Notes under the pieces: generated by a model
Database searches by the model: none
What the model was told of the DNA's origin: nothing
What the model saw: only the letters and a program-made list of their open reading frames with translations
Made by a program: the position numbers and the translations under genes
Shown: positions 1 through 8,317 of the stretch, piece by piece
Layout of the letters: each line of letters opens with the position of its first letter
How positions within the stretch are numbered: the first letter of the stretch is position 1
IMG/VR virus record: IMGVR_UViG_3300012942_000085
Location: 1 to 38,334 of that record
Direction: 5' to 3' (one strand)
Origin: a virus
Lineage: Duplodnaviria > Caudoviricetes
DNA: 38,334 nt

Positions 1-2
1 CG

Positions 3-59
3 CTGTCCGCGACCAACACTGGCGGAGGCACCGTCGAGTGCGTGGTGACGCACAATTAA
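3..59 (+). CDS. 3' end of an incoming plus-strand gene (…LSATNTGGGTVECVVTHN*), partial
   Basis: Open frame from 3 to TAA at 57-59, followed directly by a hairpin; converges on the minus-strand arm. Confidence 0.55.
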   Translation: MSATNTGGGTVECVVTHN

Positions 60-68
60 ACGCAGTAC

Positions 69-113
69 AAAGACCCTCGTTCCTGAGCCTTCGGGCCAGG
101 GGGTGGGGTCTTT
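69..113 (+). terminator. Intrinsic terminator between convergent genes (possibly bidirectional)
   Basis: AAAGACCC…GCC-TTCG-GGC…GGGTCTTT stem with cUUCGg tetraloop; G-U pairs favour the + strand. Confidence 0.75.
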
Positions 114-119
114 CACCGT

Positions 120-710
120 TTAAGGCATCCGCTCGGCGTACACGTCGAACGACGGCCCGGCCGGCGACCACGCCTCGGCGTGCGCCTCCTTCAGCGCCTC
201 GTACACCGTCGCCGCCCGCAGCGCCAGGTCCAGCGAGCCTTGCAGGTCGGTGGTCGTCGACTCCAGCCGCGCGCAGGCCCGCCGCCACACCAGCATGGCG
301 TTCCTGTTGCCGAGCGCGGCCTCGCGGACGCACCACAGCAGGCAGTCGAACTGGTCGGCCAGGCGGAGCGTCAGCGCCTCCTCCGCCGTCAGCGCGCCGG
401 CGTAGTCCAGGCCCCACTCCGCCAGCTTCCGCCGCTCGAACCTTTCGAGCGCGGCGCCGAGGCCGAGCGCCTCCTTGGCGCCGGCGGACACGTCGCTGGC
501 CCACTGCTCCGCCAGGTCGTGCGTGAGCGCGGCCATCAGCAGCGACGCCGACGCCTTGGTGCGCCCGTCGGGCCCGGCGCCGGCCAGGACGGAGCACAGC
601 ATCGCCACCCCGTGGCTGTGGCGCCCGTCGGTGTCCGGCTTGAGGCCGGGCCGCGCGTGGTAGCGCTCGACGCTCGAGCCCTCCGATATGAATTGCAGCA
701 GTTCCTTCAT
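120..710 (-). CDS. HD-domain 5'-deoxynucleotidase / dNTP phosphohydrolase (YfbR-like)
   Basis: RY…HSHGVA…ALTHDLAE…SDV…ADQFD pattern; ATG at 710 with AGGTGAG RBS. Confidence 0.8.
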   Translation of the reverse strand: MKELLQFISEGSSVERYHARPGLKPDTDGRHSHGVAMLCSVLAGAGPDGRTKASASLLMAALTHDLAEQWASDVSAGAKEALGLGAALERFERRKLAEWGLDYAGALTAEEALTLRLADQFDCLLWCVREAALGNRNAMLVWRRACARLESTTTDLQGSLDLALRAATVYEALKEAHAEAWSPAGPSFDVYAERMP

Positions 711-859
711 GGTCTCACCTCGTGCCGAAGCCAGCCTCGCTTCTTGATTATGTTCCACGCCTTCCGCGCCCGTCCGACCCGGTCGACGACGGCCCAAAGC
801 GCCAGCACCTCCCGCCTGCGCCTCCGCTGCTTCACAGCCGCGCCCCGCAGTCCTGTCAC
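707..859 (-). CDS. Small basic hypothetical protein (start uncertain: 859 or 835)
   Basis: Fills the gap, with stop/start overlaps on both neighbours. Confidence 0.4.
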   Translation of the reverse strand: MTGLRGAAVKQRRRRREVLALWAVVDRVGRARKAWNIIKKRGWLRHEVRP

Positions 860-1494
860 ACGTCGACGGGCGGCGCGGAGTCCGTCGTCGCGACGTTCGC
901 GTGCCGGCACGGTCCCCACCCCGCGGCCTCGAGCGTCCCAAGGATGTCGGGCGGCGAATACGACGGCCCTTTGCCGCCGCCCGGCCCGTATTTGGCGGCG
1001 CCGATGTGGTAACCCGGCTCCTTCGTCATGTTGCTGCGGTGCACCTCCGCGAACAACTCCAGCAGCGGCAGGCCGAGCGCCGCGGCCTCCATCGACAAGG
1101 CCACGTCGAGGGCGCGCAGCGCGGCGCCAAGGTCCTCGCGGCCGGCCAGCGCCCAGGCCATGTCCCGCAGCGGGCCGGCGCACGCCAGCATCAGCGAGGC
1201 CGCGGCGACGGCGTCCGGCGCGTCGCGCGCCGGCGACGGCGCGTAGAAGAAGTCCGCCATCGGCAGCCCGTACGCCACGGCGCACCCTACCACCACGTAC
1301 TTCAGGTCCGCGAGCCCGTCCGCGGCCTCCACGACGTCGCCCGCCGCCATGGCCCTGTGGGCCTCGAGCAACTCCTCGAGGACGAGCTGCCACCGCACCG
1401 CCGCCACCTCGGGCGGCCTGTCCGTCTCCGCGCCCGGGACCTCCGACCCGATCCGCGCCATGAACTCCGCCACCATCTCCCTGCTGCTTTTCAT
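856..1494 (-). CDS. MazG-like all-alpha NTP pyrophosphatase (PRA-PH/DR2231-like, possible dUTPase)
   Basis: V.EF, LEELLE…EAADGLADLKYV, EVHRSNMTK, KGPSYSPPDI motifs. Confidence 0.8.
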   Translation of the reverse strand: MKSSREMVAEFMARIGSEVPGAETDRPPEVAAVRWQLVLEELLEAHRAMAAGDVVEAADGLADLKYVVVGCAVAYGLPMADFFYAPSPARDAPDAVAAASLMLACAGPLRDMAWALAGREDLGAALRALDVALSMEAAALGLPLLELFAEVHRSNMTKEPGYHIGAAKYGPGGGKGPSYSPPDILGTLEAAGWGPCRHANVATTDSAPPVDV

Positions 1495-1769
1495 CCCTTG
1501 CCCTCCGTTGCCGCGTTCGCCGTGCCGCCGCGTCCCTCCGCGGCCCTCTGGGCCCTCTCGGCCCACCTCACCATGCGCCACAATTCCACGTCCAAGCCGG
1601 CGGCGACGGCCTGCAGCGTCTCCAGCCTCGGCTGCGCCACGCCGCCCCGCTCCAGCCGCGAGAGCGTGTTCCGCGAGTCCATACCGCACGCCGCCGCCAG
1701 CGCCGACTGCGACAGCCCCGCCCGCAGGCGCAGCGCCTTGACCACCGGACCGAACTCTAGGTCGGCCAT
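1491..1769 (-). CDS. XRE/Cro-type HTH transcriptional regulator
   Basis: LRLRAGLSQSALA…TLSRLERG…PRLETLQAVA. Confidence 0.85.
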   Translation of the reverse strand: MADLEFGPVVKALRLRAGLSQSALAAACGMDSRNTLSRLERGGVAQPRLETLQAVAAGLDVELWRMVRWAERAQRAAEGRGGTANAATEGKG

Positions 1770-2203
1770 TTTTGGCCGTGGACCTCCAGCTCCACGCCCG
1801 CCTTCGCCAGCAGCGCCGCGCCGCGGTCGTCGTGCTTGTACTTCTCCAGGGCCACCACGCGCTTCACGCCCACGGACAGCAGCGCCGCGGCGCACGGGCG
1901 GCATGGCGTTAGCGAACAGTAGGCCGTGACCGGTTCCCTGCGCGACGCCCCCGCCTGGATGACCGCGTTCAATTCCGCGTGTATGGCTTCGCACGCCGTC
2001 CTGTTGCCGCTGACTGCCGGGGATCCAGGACACGGTGTCAAGTCGCAATGGGCCGCACCCGTCGGATTTCCATTGTAACCACTTGCTACGAGCCGACCTT
2101 TGGCATCTACCAAAATGCAGCTGACTAGCCTTCTTGGACACGTACCTCGAGCTGCTACTAGCGGCAACATCGCGAGGTAGTACGAATCAATGTCAGGCCT
2201 CAT
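1757..2203 (-). CDS. dCMP deaminase
   Basis: TCPRR.V, SGYNG, HAE and PCxxC zinc motifs. Confidence 0.9.
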   Translation of the reverse strand: MRPDIDSYYLAMLPLVAARGTCPRRLVSCILVDAKGRLVASGYNGNPTGAAHCDLTPCPGSPAVSGNRTACEAIHAELNAVIQAGASRREPVTAYCSLTPCRPCAAALLSVGVKRVVALEKYKHDDRGAALLAKAGVELEVHGQKWPT

Positions 2204-2433
2204 ACGCGCTCCTCCCGTCCTACCCAAAACGAATCGTCGCCGGCTCTGGTGGTGGACGCGGCCACTACAAGGCCGTTGGTAAAAGTGGTGACGGCGCAAT
2301 ACTCCCTGTCGCCGCCGGACAAGCGCCCTTGCTCCACCACTTTTAGGACGCACACCAGTGCCGTCACATCCGATATGTCCGTCGAATGCACCCTGATGTG
2401 TATCTTCCTTTTGCCGTGCTTGGTCGGTATCAT
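2200..2433 (-). CDS. Hypothetical protein
   Basis: ATGA-coupled to both neighbours. Confidence 0.6.
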   Translation of the reverse strand: MIPTKHGKRKIHIRVHSTDISDVTALVCVLKVVEQGRLSGGDREYCAVTTFTNGLVVAASTTRAGDDSFWVGREERV

Positions 2434-2537
2434 CTCGCGATGAAGACACCGAGTATAGACAACCCGGCCATGTCAACCAGCACAAGCATGCCCAGCAACA
2501 CCTTGGTCGGCGTGTTGTAGTAGTCGTAGAATCTCAT
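2430..2537 (-). CDS. 35-aa membrane peptide (MRFYDYYNTPTKVLLGMLVLVDMAGLSILGVFIAR)
   Basis: Translated by hand; ATGA overlaps at both ends; one hydrophobic helix. Confidence 0.55.
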   Translation of the reverse strand: MRFYDYYNTPTKVLLGMLVLVDMAGLSILGVFIAR

Positions 2538-2824
2538 TTGACCTCCAGCTCGTCGGCCACCAGTTTGGCGTACCCGGCGATGTCCACGAAGTTGTCGGCG
2601 TAGGTCGGGTCCCCATTCAGCACTCTGGCAATTTTATGCTGCACCATTTGCAGACACTCCTTTTGCGGAGCGGTCAACCGGGCCCAGCCTGGCGCGGCCC
2701 GCATGACATCCTGCAGGCCCTGTGATATGGCCGCGTGGTTCTTGAACGCCCCGTAGAGATTTTCACGCTCGACGAGGAGTGCGGCTACGTCTGTACCATT
2801 ATGCGGCTTTTTTCTTGGTGCCAT
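2534..2824 (-). CDS. DUF6378-like protein, common in phage nucleotide-metabolism clusters
   Basis: ER..YG.F…KIAR..NGDP.Y.DNFVDIAGYA. Confidence 0.75.
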   Translation of the reverse strand: MAPRKKPHNGTDVAALLVERENLYGAFKNHAAISQGLQDVMRAAPGWARLTAPQKECLQMVQHKIARVLNGDPTYADNFVDIAGYAKLVADELEVK

Positions 2825-3311
2825 TCTTCTTCTCCTTTTGCCTTAGTTTGTCATTGTCAAGATAATCTGCCAACTTGCGCAGTATTTTTGGCGAGTCTTT
2901 TGCGTAACCGAGCGCGGCATTGCATTGCGCGCATATCCAGCCTCTAAAATGGCCTTTCTTGTGGCAATGGTCAAAGCAAATGACAACACCAGACTTTCTA
3001 CACACATCGCATCGTTTGGGGCGCTTACGCCCGGCTTGGAGCTCTTTCTTTGCAAGGGTCCATCGTCTAGACTTTGTGCGCACTTTTTCTGGATTCATCC
3101 TTGCCTATGCGGCATTCATTGCCTTATTCGCGCTAGCATTTTTCGCCTTCCAAGCTTTAGTTCGTACCTTGTGTGTCTCTTTGTGCTTGGCATAGTAAGC
3201 ACGGCTTTTCGTAACATAGGCGTCTTTATGCCTCGCATAAGTGGTCCTGCTTGCTGCAGCTTTTTCTAATTGTTGCGGGGTATTAGAAGAGCCTTTGATA
3301 CCGCGTGCCAT
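2799..3311 (-). pseudogene. Endonuclease VII-family homing endonuclease split by an in-frame TAG (3105-3107)
   Basis: CxxC…DHCH…RGWICxxCN; ORFs 3105-3311 and 2799-3098 share a frame and are separated by one stop; AT-rich. Confidence 0.7.
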
Positions 3312-3314
3312 TTA

Positions 3315-4100
3315 CTACACCTTAGAAGCGGCAAAGGTTATCTCATCGAAGCCCTCGATGGACTCCACCTTAGCATCTGCATACAATGCCGGATAACGCC
3401 TAGACTGCTCAGTGTAAAGCAGCCCAGCCACGATTCTTACTTCTTCATCATTGAAATGAGATGACCTCTGTTCAATAATCCAGCGCAGTGTCCTGTGATT
3501 GGCTGTGATGCCAAGCATGGTCTGCAGGCCTATCGGAGCCAGTCTGCGCATGGCCGTCGTCAATTTTTTCTTGGCTGCGAATGTCTGTGAGTCGATGTCC
3601 ACCAACTTCGCCAGTTCCAGCTGAGCCGACTCCAAGTCTTCAAATTTTTCCTTATACAACGCGCGGATCTCGTCGGCGCGTGGGTGCGCCTCGAATACTG
3701 CAGGGAACCAACTTTTTAGTGCGTCTATTCGTATGAAGTGAAGTGAGGCTTGGGAATACGCGATTCCGACTCTTGCACGCACTAACTGATGCGTGCAAGC
3801 CCTGCTGCAGAAGATCATGTAAGAGTCGGTGGCATGCTCCAACACCGAGCCGTGGCCTGATTTGATGATGTTCTCAAGGTAGACGGCCGAGCCCTCCCGC
3901 ACGCGGGTCACATTGGGGTTCAAGCCCACCTTGTACGCGTTGTAGCAGCCCCGCCCCATGAGCTCAATCAAAGTTTCTGCGCCGGTGGCCGCGTCCGTCT
4001 TCCATTCTGGCGCGCCGATTTCGGCGAGGTACGCTCGCAAGCCTGCATCGTCCGATGTGGTCTGCGCCACGTGAAATACTTTTGGTTCGGTAAATTCCAT
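3315..4100 (-). CDS. thyX: Flavin-dependent thymidylate synthase (divergent)
   Basis: GHGSVLEH, SRACTHQLVR.R…SQ.S, N.R.L…R..EEVR. Confidence 0.85.
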   Translation of the reverse strand: MEFTEPKVFHVAQTTSDDAGLRAYLAEIGAPEWKTDAATGAETLIELMGRGCYNAYKVGLNPNVTRVREGSAVYLENIIKSGHGSVLEHATDSYMIFCSRACTHQLVRARVGIAYSQASLHFIRIDALKSWFPAVFEAHPRADEIRALYKEKFEDLESAQLELAKLVDIDSQTFAAKKKLTTAMRRLAPIGLQTMLGITANHRTLRWIIEQRSSHFNDEEVRIVAGLLYTEQSRRYPALYADAKVESIEGFDEITFAASKV

Positions 4101-4400
4101 TTATGCCATCTCCTTTGCCGCATGATGCGCGTCCAGCGCCGCCACGGCCTTCAGCAGGACGGCGCGCAGGTCCCTCTTGCCCCAGAACGTCACCGCGGCC
4201 GAGTCGTCGTCCCCCGGGCGGTGGATGAAGGGGCCCCTCTCTTGCCGCGGCGTCCCGTATGCCTCGCCCTCGTCGTTGGCCACCCGTGTGACTGGCAGCT
4301 CCAAGTATATCCTGAGGCCGGTGAACTCCCCGTCCTCCGTCGTCTTGCTGATTACCTCCACGCGGTCGGTCATCTCCTCCGCGTACACGTTTACCCTCAT
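4101..4400 (-). CDS. Hypothetical protein
   Basis: MRVNVYAEE start with AAGGAG RBS. Confidence 0.7.
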   Translation of the reverse strand: MRVNVYAEEMTDRVEVISKTTEDGEFTGLRIYLELPVTRVANDEGEAYGTPRQERGPFIHRPGDDDSAAVTFWGKRDLRAVLLKAVAALDAHHAAKEMA

Positions 4401-4630
4401 CTGCTCTCCTTTGCGTTGGTTCCGTTGAAATATCCCGGGTTGCTCCAGATCAAAAACCTGTTCCACAGCGACGGTCGACAGTGGCCTTCCTTCACCTTAC
4501 CATACAGGCCGCCGATAGGGCAGTCATGGTAGGTGCCGCCGGCCTGGTCGATCCAAGGCGCGCCGTAGCTCTGACGATGCCTTTCGCCAATTGCGGCCCC
4601 GCATGCCAGACAATGCTTCTCACGATCCAT
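4397..4630 (-). CDS. Hypothetical protein (CxxC, HxC)
   Basis: Overlap-coupled ORF. Confidence 0.55.
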   Translation of the reverse strand: MDREKHCLACGAAIGERHRQSYGAPWIDQAGGTYHDCPIGGLYGKVKEGHCRPSLWNRFLIWSNPGYFNGTNAKESR

Positions 4631-5030
4631 TCAAAAACCTCCCCAGCCGTTCTTGCAGCGCCGCCGCGTCCTTGGTCTCGCACTCCCACACCGTCAGCAC
4701 CCTCCAGCCCATCGCCCTCAGCCCCCTCGCCGCCCTGCGGTCCCGCGCCCTGTTGGCCGCGAACTTCGCCGCCCAGAACGCCTTGTTGGATTTCGGCGTC
4801 CGCGCCTTCTGGCACCCGCGGTGCTGGTGCCAAAAGCACCCGTGGACGAACACCGCGGCCTTGGACCTCGGGAAGGCCATGTCCGGCCTGCCGGGGAGCG
4901 AGCGGTCGTGCGTCGCCGGCCTCCTGCGCAGGCGCCTCGCGGCCTCCTCCGCCCTCAGCTCCGGAGACGTTCCGGTCGACCGGATCCGGCCCATGAGCTC
5001 GGACCTGGCCTCCCTCGTCAAGGTGTCCAT
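4620..5030 (-). CDS. vsr: Very short patch repair endonuclease
   Basis: RS..M.RI.S..T.PE, LPGRPD, FVHGCFWH, FW..K…N..RD, GW.VL.VWECE. Confidence 0.92.
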   Translation of the reverse strand: MDTLTREARSELMGRIRSTGTSPELRAEEAARRLRRRPATHDRSLPGRPDMAFPRSKAAVFVHGCFWHQHRGCQKARTPKSNKAFWAAKFAANRARDRRAARGLRAMGWRVLTVWECETKDAAALQERLGRFLNGS

Positions 5031-5269
5031 TCAATCGCCCTCCAAAAGGCGTCGGAAAGGCCGTTCGGGCCTCCGTGGCGGGGTTTCGGGCGCGCCGGGC
5101 GTGGAAAGGCCCTCGCGGGTTCTCGAGGGCCTTCTTGGCGCGCCTGGCGTCCGTGGTTGCGGCGCCTTTCCGACGCGCCGGCTGGTCTGTGGTCCCAGGT
5201 TTTGGTTTCGACCGGCAAGCCGCCGGGGCGGCCGTCTTGTCGCGGCGGTCCTGGGAACCGCCCGGGCGG

Positions 5270-6583
5270 CTATTCGGCGGCGGGGAGCTTCTCCACGACG
5301 CCGATGGGCTGCCACTTGCTCAGGTAGAAGGAGATGTTCTTGTCCCCCACGTTAGGCAGCGCCTCGATGAGCTGGGCGCGGGTGCAGCCGGCCGCGGTCT
5401 TGCCGACGGCGCCGAGCTTGACGAACGCCGCGACGATCTCGCCCTTCTGGGTGGTGAACGCCGACCACGTCGCCTTGGTGTCGTTGAGCAGGCGGAACAG
5501 CGAGCTCTTGCGGGCGCCGCCCTCGGACTTCGCGGCCTTCGCCGGCTTGTCGGCCTTGACGGCCTTCTTCGACGCCGATGCGGGCGCCGCGAACTTCTTG
5601 GTCTTCGCGGCCGTCTCGGCCGCCTTTGCTGCCTTCTTGTTTGCCATTTCGATGCTCTCCTTGCAGTGCTCTAGCACCGCGGTTAGGTGGCGCTCCGCCG
5701 CCGTCGTCACCGTCACCCCCGCCGTGATGGGGTGCAGCAACTGGTTGACGTCCCTTACGATGTCCTCGGAGGACTTGGGACGCAGTGTTTTCAGAACTTC
5801 CGTCGGCACGACTCCGGCCGCCACGCGGCTACCGTTATTATACACGCAAATGGCGCCTTGCGAGTTGGGTTTCTCCAAACGCATCAAAACCACGCCGTTG
5901 GAGGCGTCCTCGAGCAGGCAGACGGCGTCCATGTCCACCTCCACCGCGGCGTCCGGGCGGGGCTTGGCGATGCCGGCCCGCGCCTCGTCCTCCATGGCCC
6001 TCCGCGTCTCGCGGGCGACGGCGGCGCGCTGCTCGGCGTCCTTGGCCGCGCGCTGCTTCTTGGTCAGGCGGGGCGGGGCGGGCAGGATGGGCCTGCCGTC
6101 GTGGATCGGCGCCGCCCGCATGGCCCTCAGCCGCTCGCGGTCGGACCTCTCCTTGTCGGCCTTGGCCTCGGCGGCGTTCCGCTTGTCGGCGGCCTTCACC
6201 ATCGCCACGCACTTCAGCGCGAGGTCGCCGGCGTTCTTGGCGCCGAGGGCGGCGAGCAGGGCCTTCTTGAGCCGCGCCGGCTCGGCGTCCTTGACGAGGA
6301 CCTTGTCGGTGCCCATCAAGGCCTTCAGCGTCCGCAGCCGCCCGCCGTAGCCGGGTCCGTCGTCGGATATCGCCTCCATGTCGCACGCGCCGGCGGTCTC
6401 CTTGTGGAACTTGCGGACCGCCGCGAGGATGCCCGCGGGGGTGATGGCCGGGGCTGGCGTCGCCTTGGCCTCCGTCTTCTTGGCGGCCGGTTTTGGCTTG
6501 GGCGCCTCGACGACGTGGACCGCGGGGGTTTTGCGGCCTTTGGCCGCGGTGGATGCGCTTGCGTCTGTCTTTTTGATCGTCAT
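5270..6583 (-). CDS. Lys/Ala-rich multidomain hypothetical protein; probable in-frame internal start at 5647 (histone-like tail plus possible DNA-binding C-domain)
   Basis: MTIKK start with GAAAGGGG RBS; AAGGAGAG-N7-ATG at 5647. Confidence 0.7.
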   Translation of the reverse strand: MTIKKTDASASTAAKGRKTPAVHVVEAPKPKPAAKKTEAKATPAPAITPAGILAAVRKFHKETAGACDMEAISDDGPGYGGRLRTLKALMGTDKVLVKDAEPARLKKALLAALGAKNAGDLALKCVAMVKAADKRNAAEAKADKERSDRERLRAMRAAPIHDGRPILPAPPRLTKKQRAAKDAEQRAAVARETRRAMEDEARAGIAKPRPDAAVEVDMDAVCLLEDASNGVVLMRLEKPNSQGAICVYNNGSRVAAGVVPTEVLKTLRPKSSEDIVRDVNQLLHPITAGVTVTTAAERHLTAVLEHCKESIEMANKKAAKAAETAAKTKKFAAPASASKKAVKADKPAKAAKSEGGARKSSLFRLLNDTKATWSAFTTQKGEIVAAFVKLGAVGKTAAGCTRAQLIEALPNVGDKNISFYLSKWQPIGVVEKLPAAE

Positions 6584-6639
6584 TTCGGTGGCGCCCCTTT
6601 CGGCGCTGGTGGTCCTTTTCAGGCTGGTGGAGCGGTTGG

Positions 6640-6882
6640 CTACTTGGCGGCCTTGCGGACTTCGCGCCTCATCTTGGCCTCGGTGCGCAGCAGGGCTGCG
6701 AGGCGGCCGCGCTCCTCGTCGGTCATGTCGCGGTCGCGGTGGCGCGTCGGGACCTTCTTCGTATGGGTGACGACCGTCTCGGCGCCGGCCGGGTCGCGGC
6801 CGAGGGTCTCGGTCTTGACCGTGCGGTACGTTGTCGGCAGGAGGCCGATGCGGCGGATGCGTCTTGCTAGCGTGGTGGGCAT
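6640..6882 (-). CDS. Basic hypothetical protein
   Basis: AAAAGGAG RBS. Confidence 0.65.
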   Translation of the reverse strand: MPTTLARRIRRIGLLPTTYRTVKTETLGRDPAGAETVVTHTKKVPTRHRDRDMTDEERGRLAALLRTEAKMRREVRKAAK

Positions 6883-6945
6883 TGCGTGTTCTCCTTTTCA
6901 GGCTGGCGGTGCGCTGGGGTTGACGCCGCGGACGGCGTGGCTGTC

Positions 6946-7056
6946 TTAGAGGTTGGACTTCGCGGGCCCGGCGAGCTCGGCGCGGACCTGCAGGACGGCG
7001 CCGACCAGCATGGCCGCGGCGGCGGGGGCGAACATCAAGGCGAGGAATGCGTTCAT
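6946..7056 (-). CDS. 36-aa membrane peptide (MNAFLALMFAPAAAAMLVGAVLQV…)
   Basis: Directly follows a promoter and AAAGGAG RBS. Confidence 0.55.
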   Translation of the reverse strand: MNAFLALMFAPAAAAMLVGAVLQVRAELAGPAKSNL

Positions 7057-7085
7057 TTTGTGGCCGCTCCTTTGCGGCTAGGATC

Positions 7086-7125
7086 AATATACCGTGGTTT
7101 CAAGTGTTTCAAACATTTATTTTCT
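7086..7125 (-). promoter_or_regulatory. Repeated early promoter, copy 1
   Basis: AGAAAATAAAT-GTTTGA-N17-TATATT. Confidence 0.75.
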
Positions 7126-7189
7126 GGCTGTTTTCGGCTGGCGCCAAACTCGACAACGGCCGGCCGGATCATTATACCGCGCCCGCTGC

Positions 7190-7873
7190 TTAGAAGCAGG
7201 GTCGGCGCTCCAGCCAGCCCTTCTTGGCCCAGTCGCAGAGGTAGAACGCCGCGATCCGCGCCGGTTTGGTGGACGTCTTGAGGCCGGCGGCGACCATGCC
7301 GTCGGCGGCCTGCGCCGTGGTGGCCGGCGCGAACCGCGTGGACTTGAAGAACGCCAGCAGCGACCTCGCCTGCCCCCTCACCTTCTGCCTCGCCAGCGCC
7401 TTGGTGGGCGCGTAGGCGGCCTGCGCCTTGGCCGCCTTGTACGCGGGGCGCCTGCCGACCGCCGCGACGACGTCCCCGGCCTCGGCGTCCCCGGCCTCGC
7501 AGGCCGCGGCGTACTTCGCGCGGGCCTCGGCGTCGCGGGCGTCCATGCGGGCCGAGGCGCCGTCGGACAGCGCCGGCTCGAACGCCCCGATCCAAAGGCG
7601 CTGCACGAACCGCTTCACCACCCACTGCGCCCGGGTCCTGTCGACGGACGCGGCGGGCAGGCCGAGGTGGGAGAGGACCGCGGCCCACGCGGCGTCCGCC
7701 CAGCCGTCGACCAGCCCCTCGCCGGCCCACATGCCGGACCCGATGGTGCGGGCGAGGTCGCCGCAGTCCACGGGGTAGGAGGCGCCCTCGGCGACGAGGT
7801 AGCAATCGGTGGTGGCCGGGATGCGCACGATGCGCGGCGCGGAGGTCTTCGTCTTCGTCTTTTTCAAGCTCAT
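7190..7873 (-). CDS. Hypothetical early protein
   Basis: Promoter plus GAAGGGG leader; GC3-rich coding pattern. Confidence 0.75.
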   Translation of the reverse strand: MSLKKTKTKTSAPRIVRIPATTDCYLVAEGASYPVDCGDLARTIGSGMWAGEGLVDGWADAAWAAVLSHLGLPAASVDRTRAQWVVKRFVQRLWIGAFEPALSDGASARMDARDAEARAKYAAACEAGDAEAGDVVAAVGRRPAYKAAKAQAAYAPTKALARQKVRGQARSLLAFFKSTRFAPATTAQAADGMVAAGLKTSTKPARIAAFYLCDWAKKGWLERRPCF

Positions 7874-7876
7874 ATT

Positions 7877-7945
7877 TGCGGCCCCTTCAGTCCGCTAGAA
7901 TCAATATACCGCGGATACTAGAGTTTCAAACATTTATTTTCTAGC
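7877..7945 (-). promoter_or_regulatory. Repeated early promoter and leader, copy 2
   Basis: GTTTGA(7931)-N17-TATATT(7903); 7877-7910 is identical to 8254-8287. Confidence 0.8.
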
Positions 7946-8248
7946 TATTTTCGACGCGTCGAACCCGGCCGCCTTGGCGGCGTCCCACGCCTTGTTCCAA
8001 AGATCAACGGCGGCGGCGTACTCGGGACCTTCGGACTCTTCGGGTGAGCAGTCGACGAACGTATTGACGCCGCAGGCGGTGAAGGCCTCGGCCATGACCT
8101 CGTTGGCGTCGCAGAAGTCGTGCGACGCGCAGCAACCCGCGTATTCGGGTGTCGCGTTCAGGCGGATGGCGCGGGCCACGCCCTCCGCGCCGATGGCCGT
8201 ATTTAGCAGCTCTGAGAATTTACTGGCGATCTCGTTCGTCTTGTCCAT
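7934..8248 (-). CDS. Acidic hypothetical early protein (CCASHDFCDAN motif)
   Basis: Own promoter and leader. Confidence 0.75.
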   Translation of the reverse strand: MDKTNEIASKFSELLNTAIGAEGVARAIRLNATPEYAGCCASHDFCDANEVMAEAFTACGVNTFVDCSPEESEGPEYAAAVDLWNKAWDAAKAAGFDASKIARK

Positions 8249-8253
8249 GTCGA

Positions 8254-8287
8254 TGCGGCCCCTTCAGTCCGCTAGAATCAATATACC
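8254..8287 (-). promoter_or_regulatory. Promoter -10 and leader repeat, copy 3
   Basis: 34-bp exact repeat of 7877-7910; TGG-TATATT extended -10. Confidence 0.75.
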
Positions 8288-8317
8288 ATAGTTTCAGCCG
8301 CCCGCGACGGCTGTTTT

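Noticed and set aside
120-1494. Z-genome (diaminopurine) cluster suggested by HD hydrolase + MazG-like enzyme + PolA
   Set aside because: No PurZ/adenylosuccinate synthetase homologue in the window, and neighbouring genes point to pyrimidine metabolism; cannot be excluded outside the window
2799-3311. Genome-wide amber recoding
   Set aside because: TAG is used as a normal stop for several clear genes (helicase, dCMP deaminase, DUF2786 protein); only one interrupted gene was seen
5018-5315. ORFs between vsr and the Lys/Ala-rich gene
   Set aside because: Low-complexity Arg/Pro translations; not enough support to call
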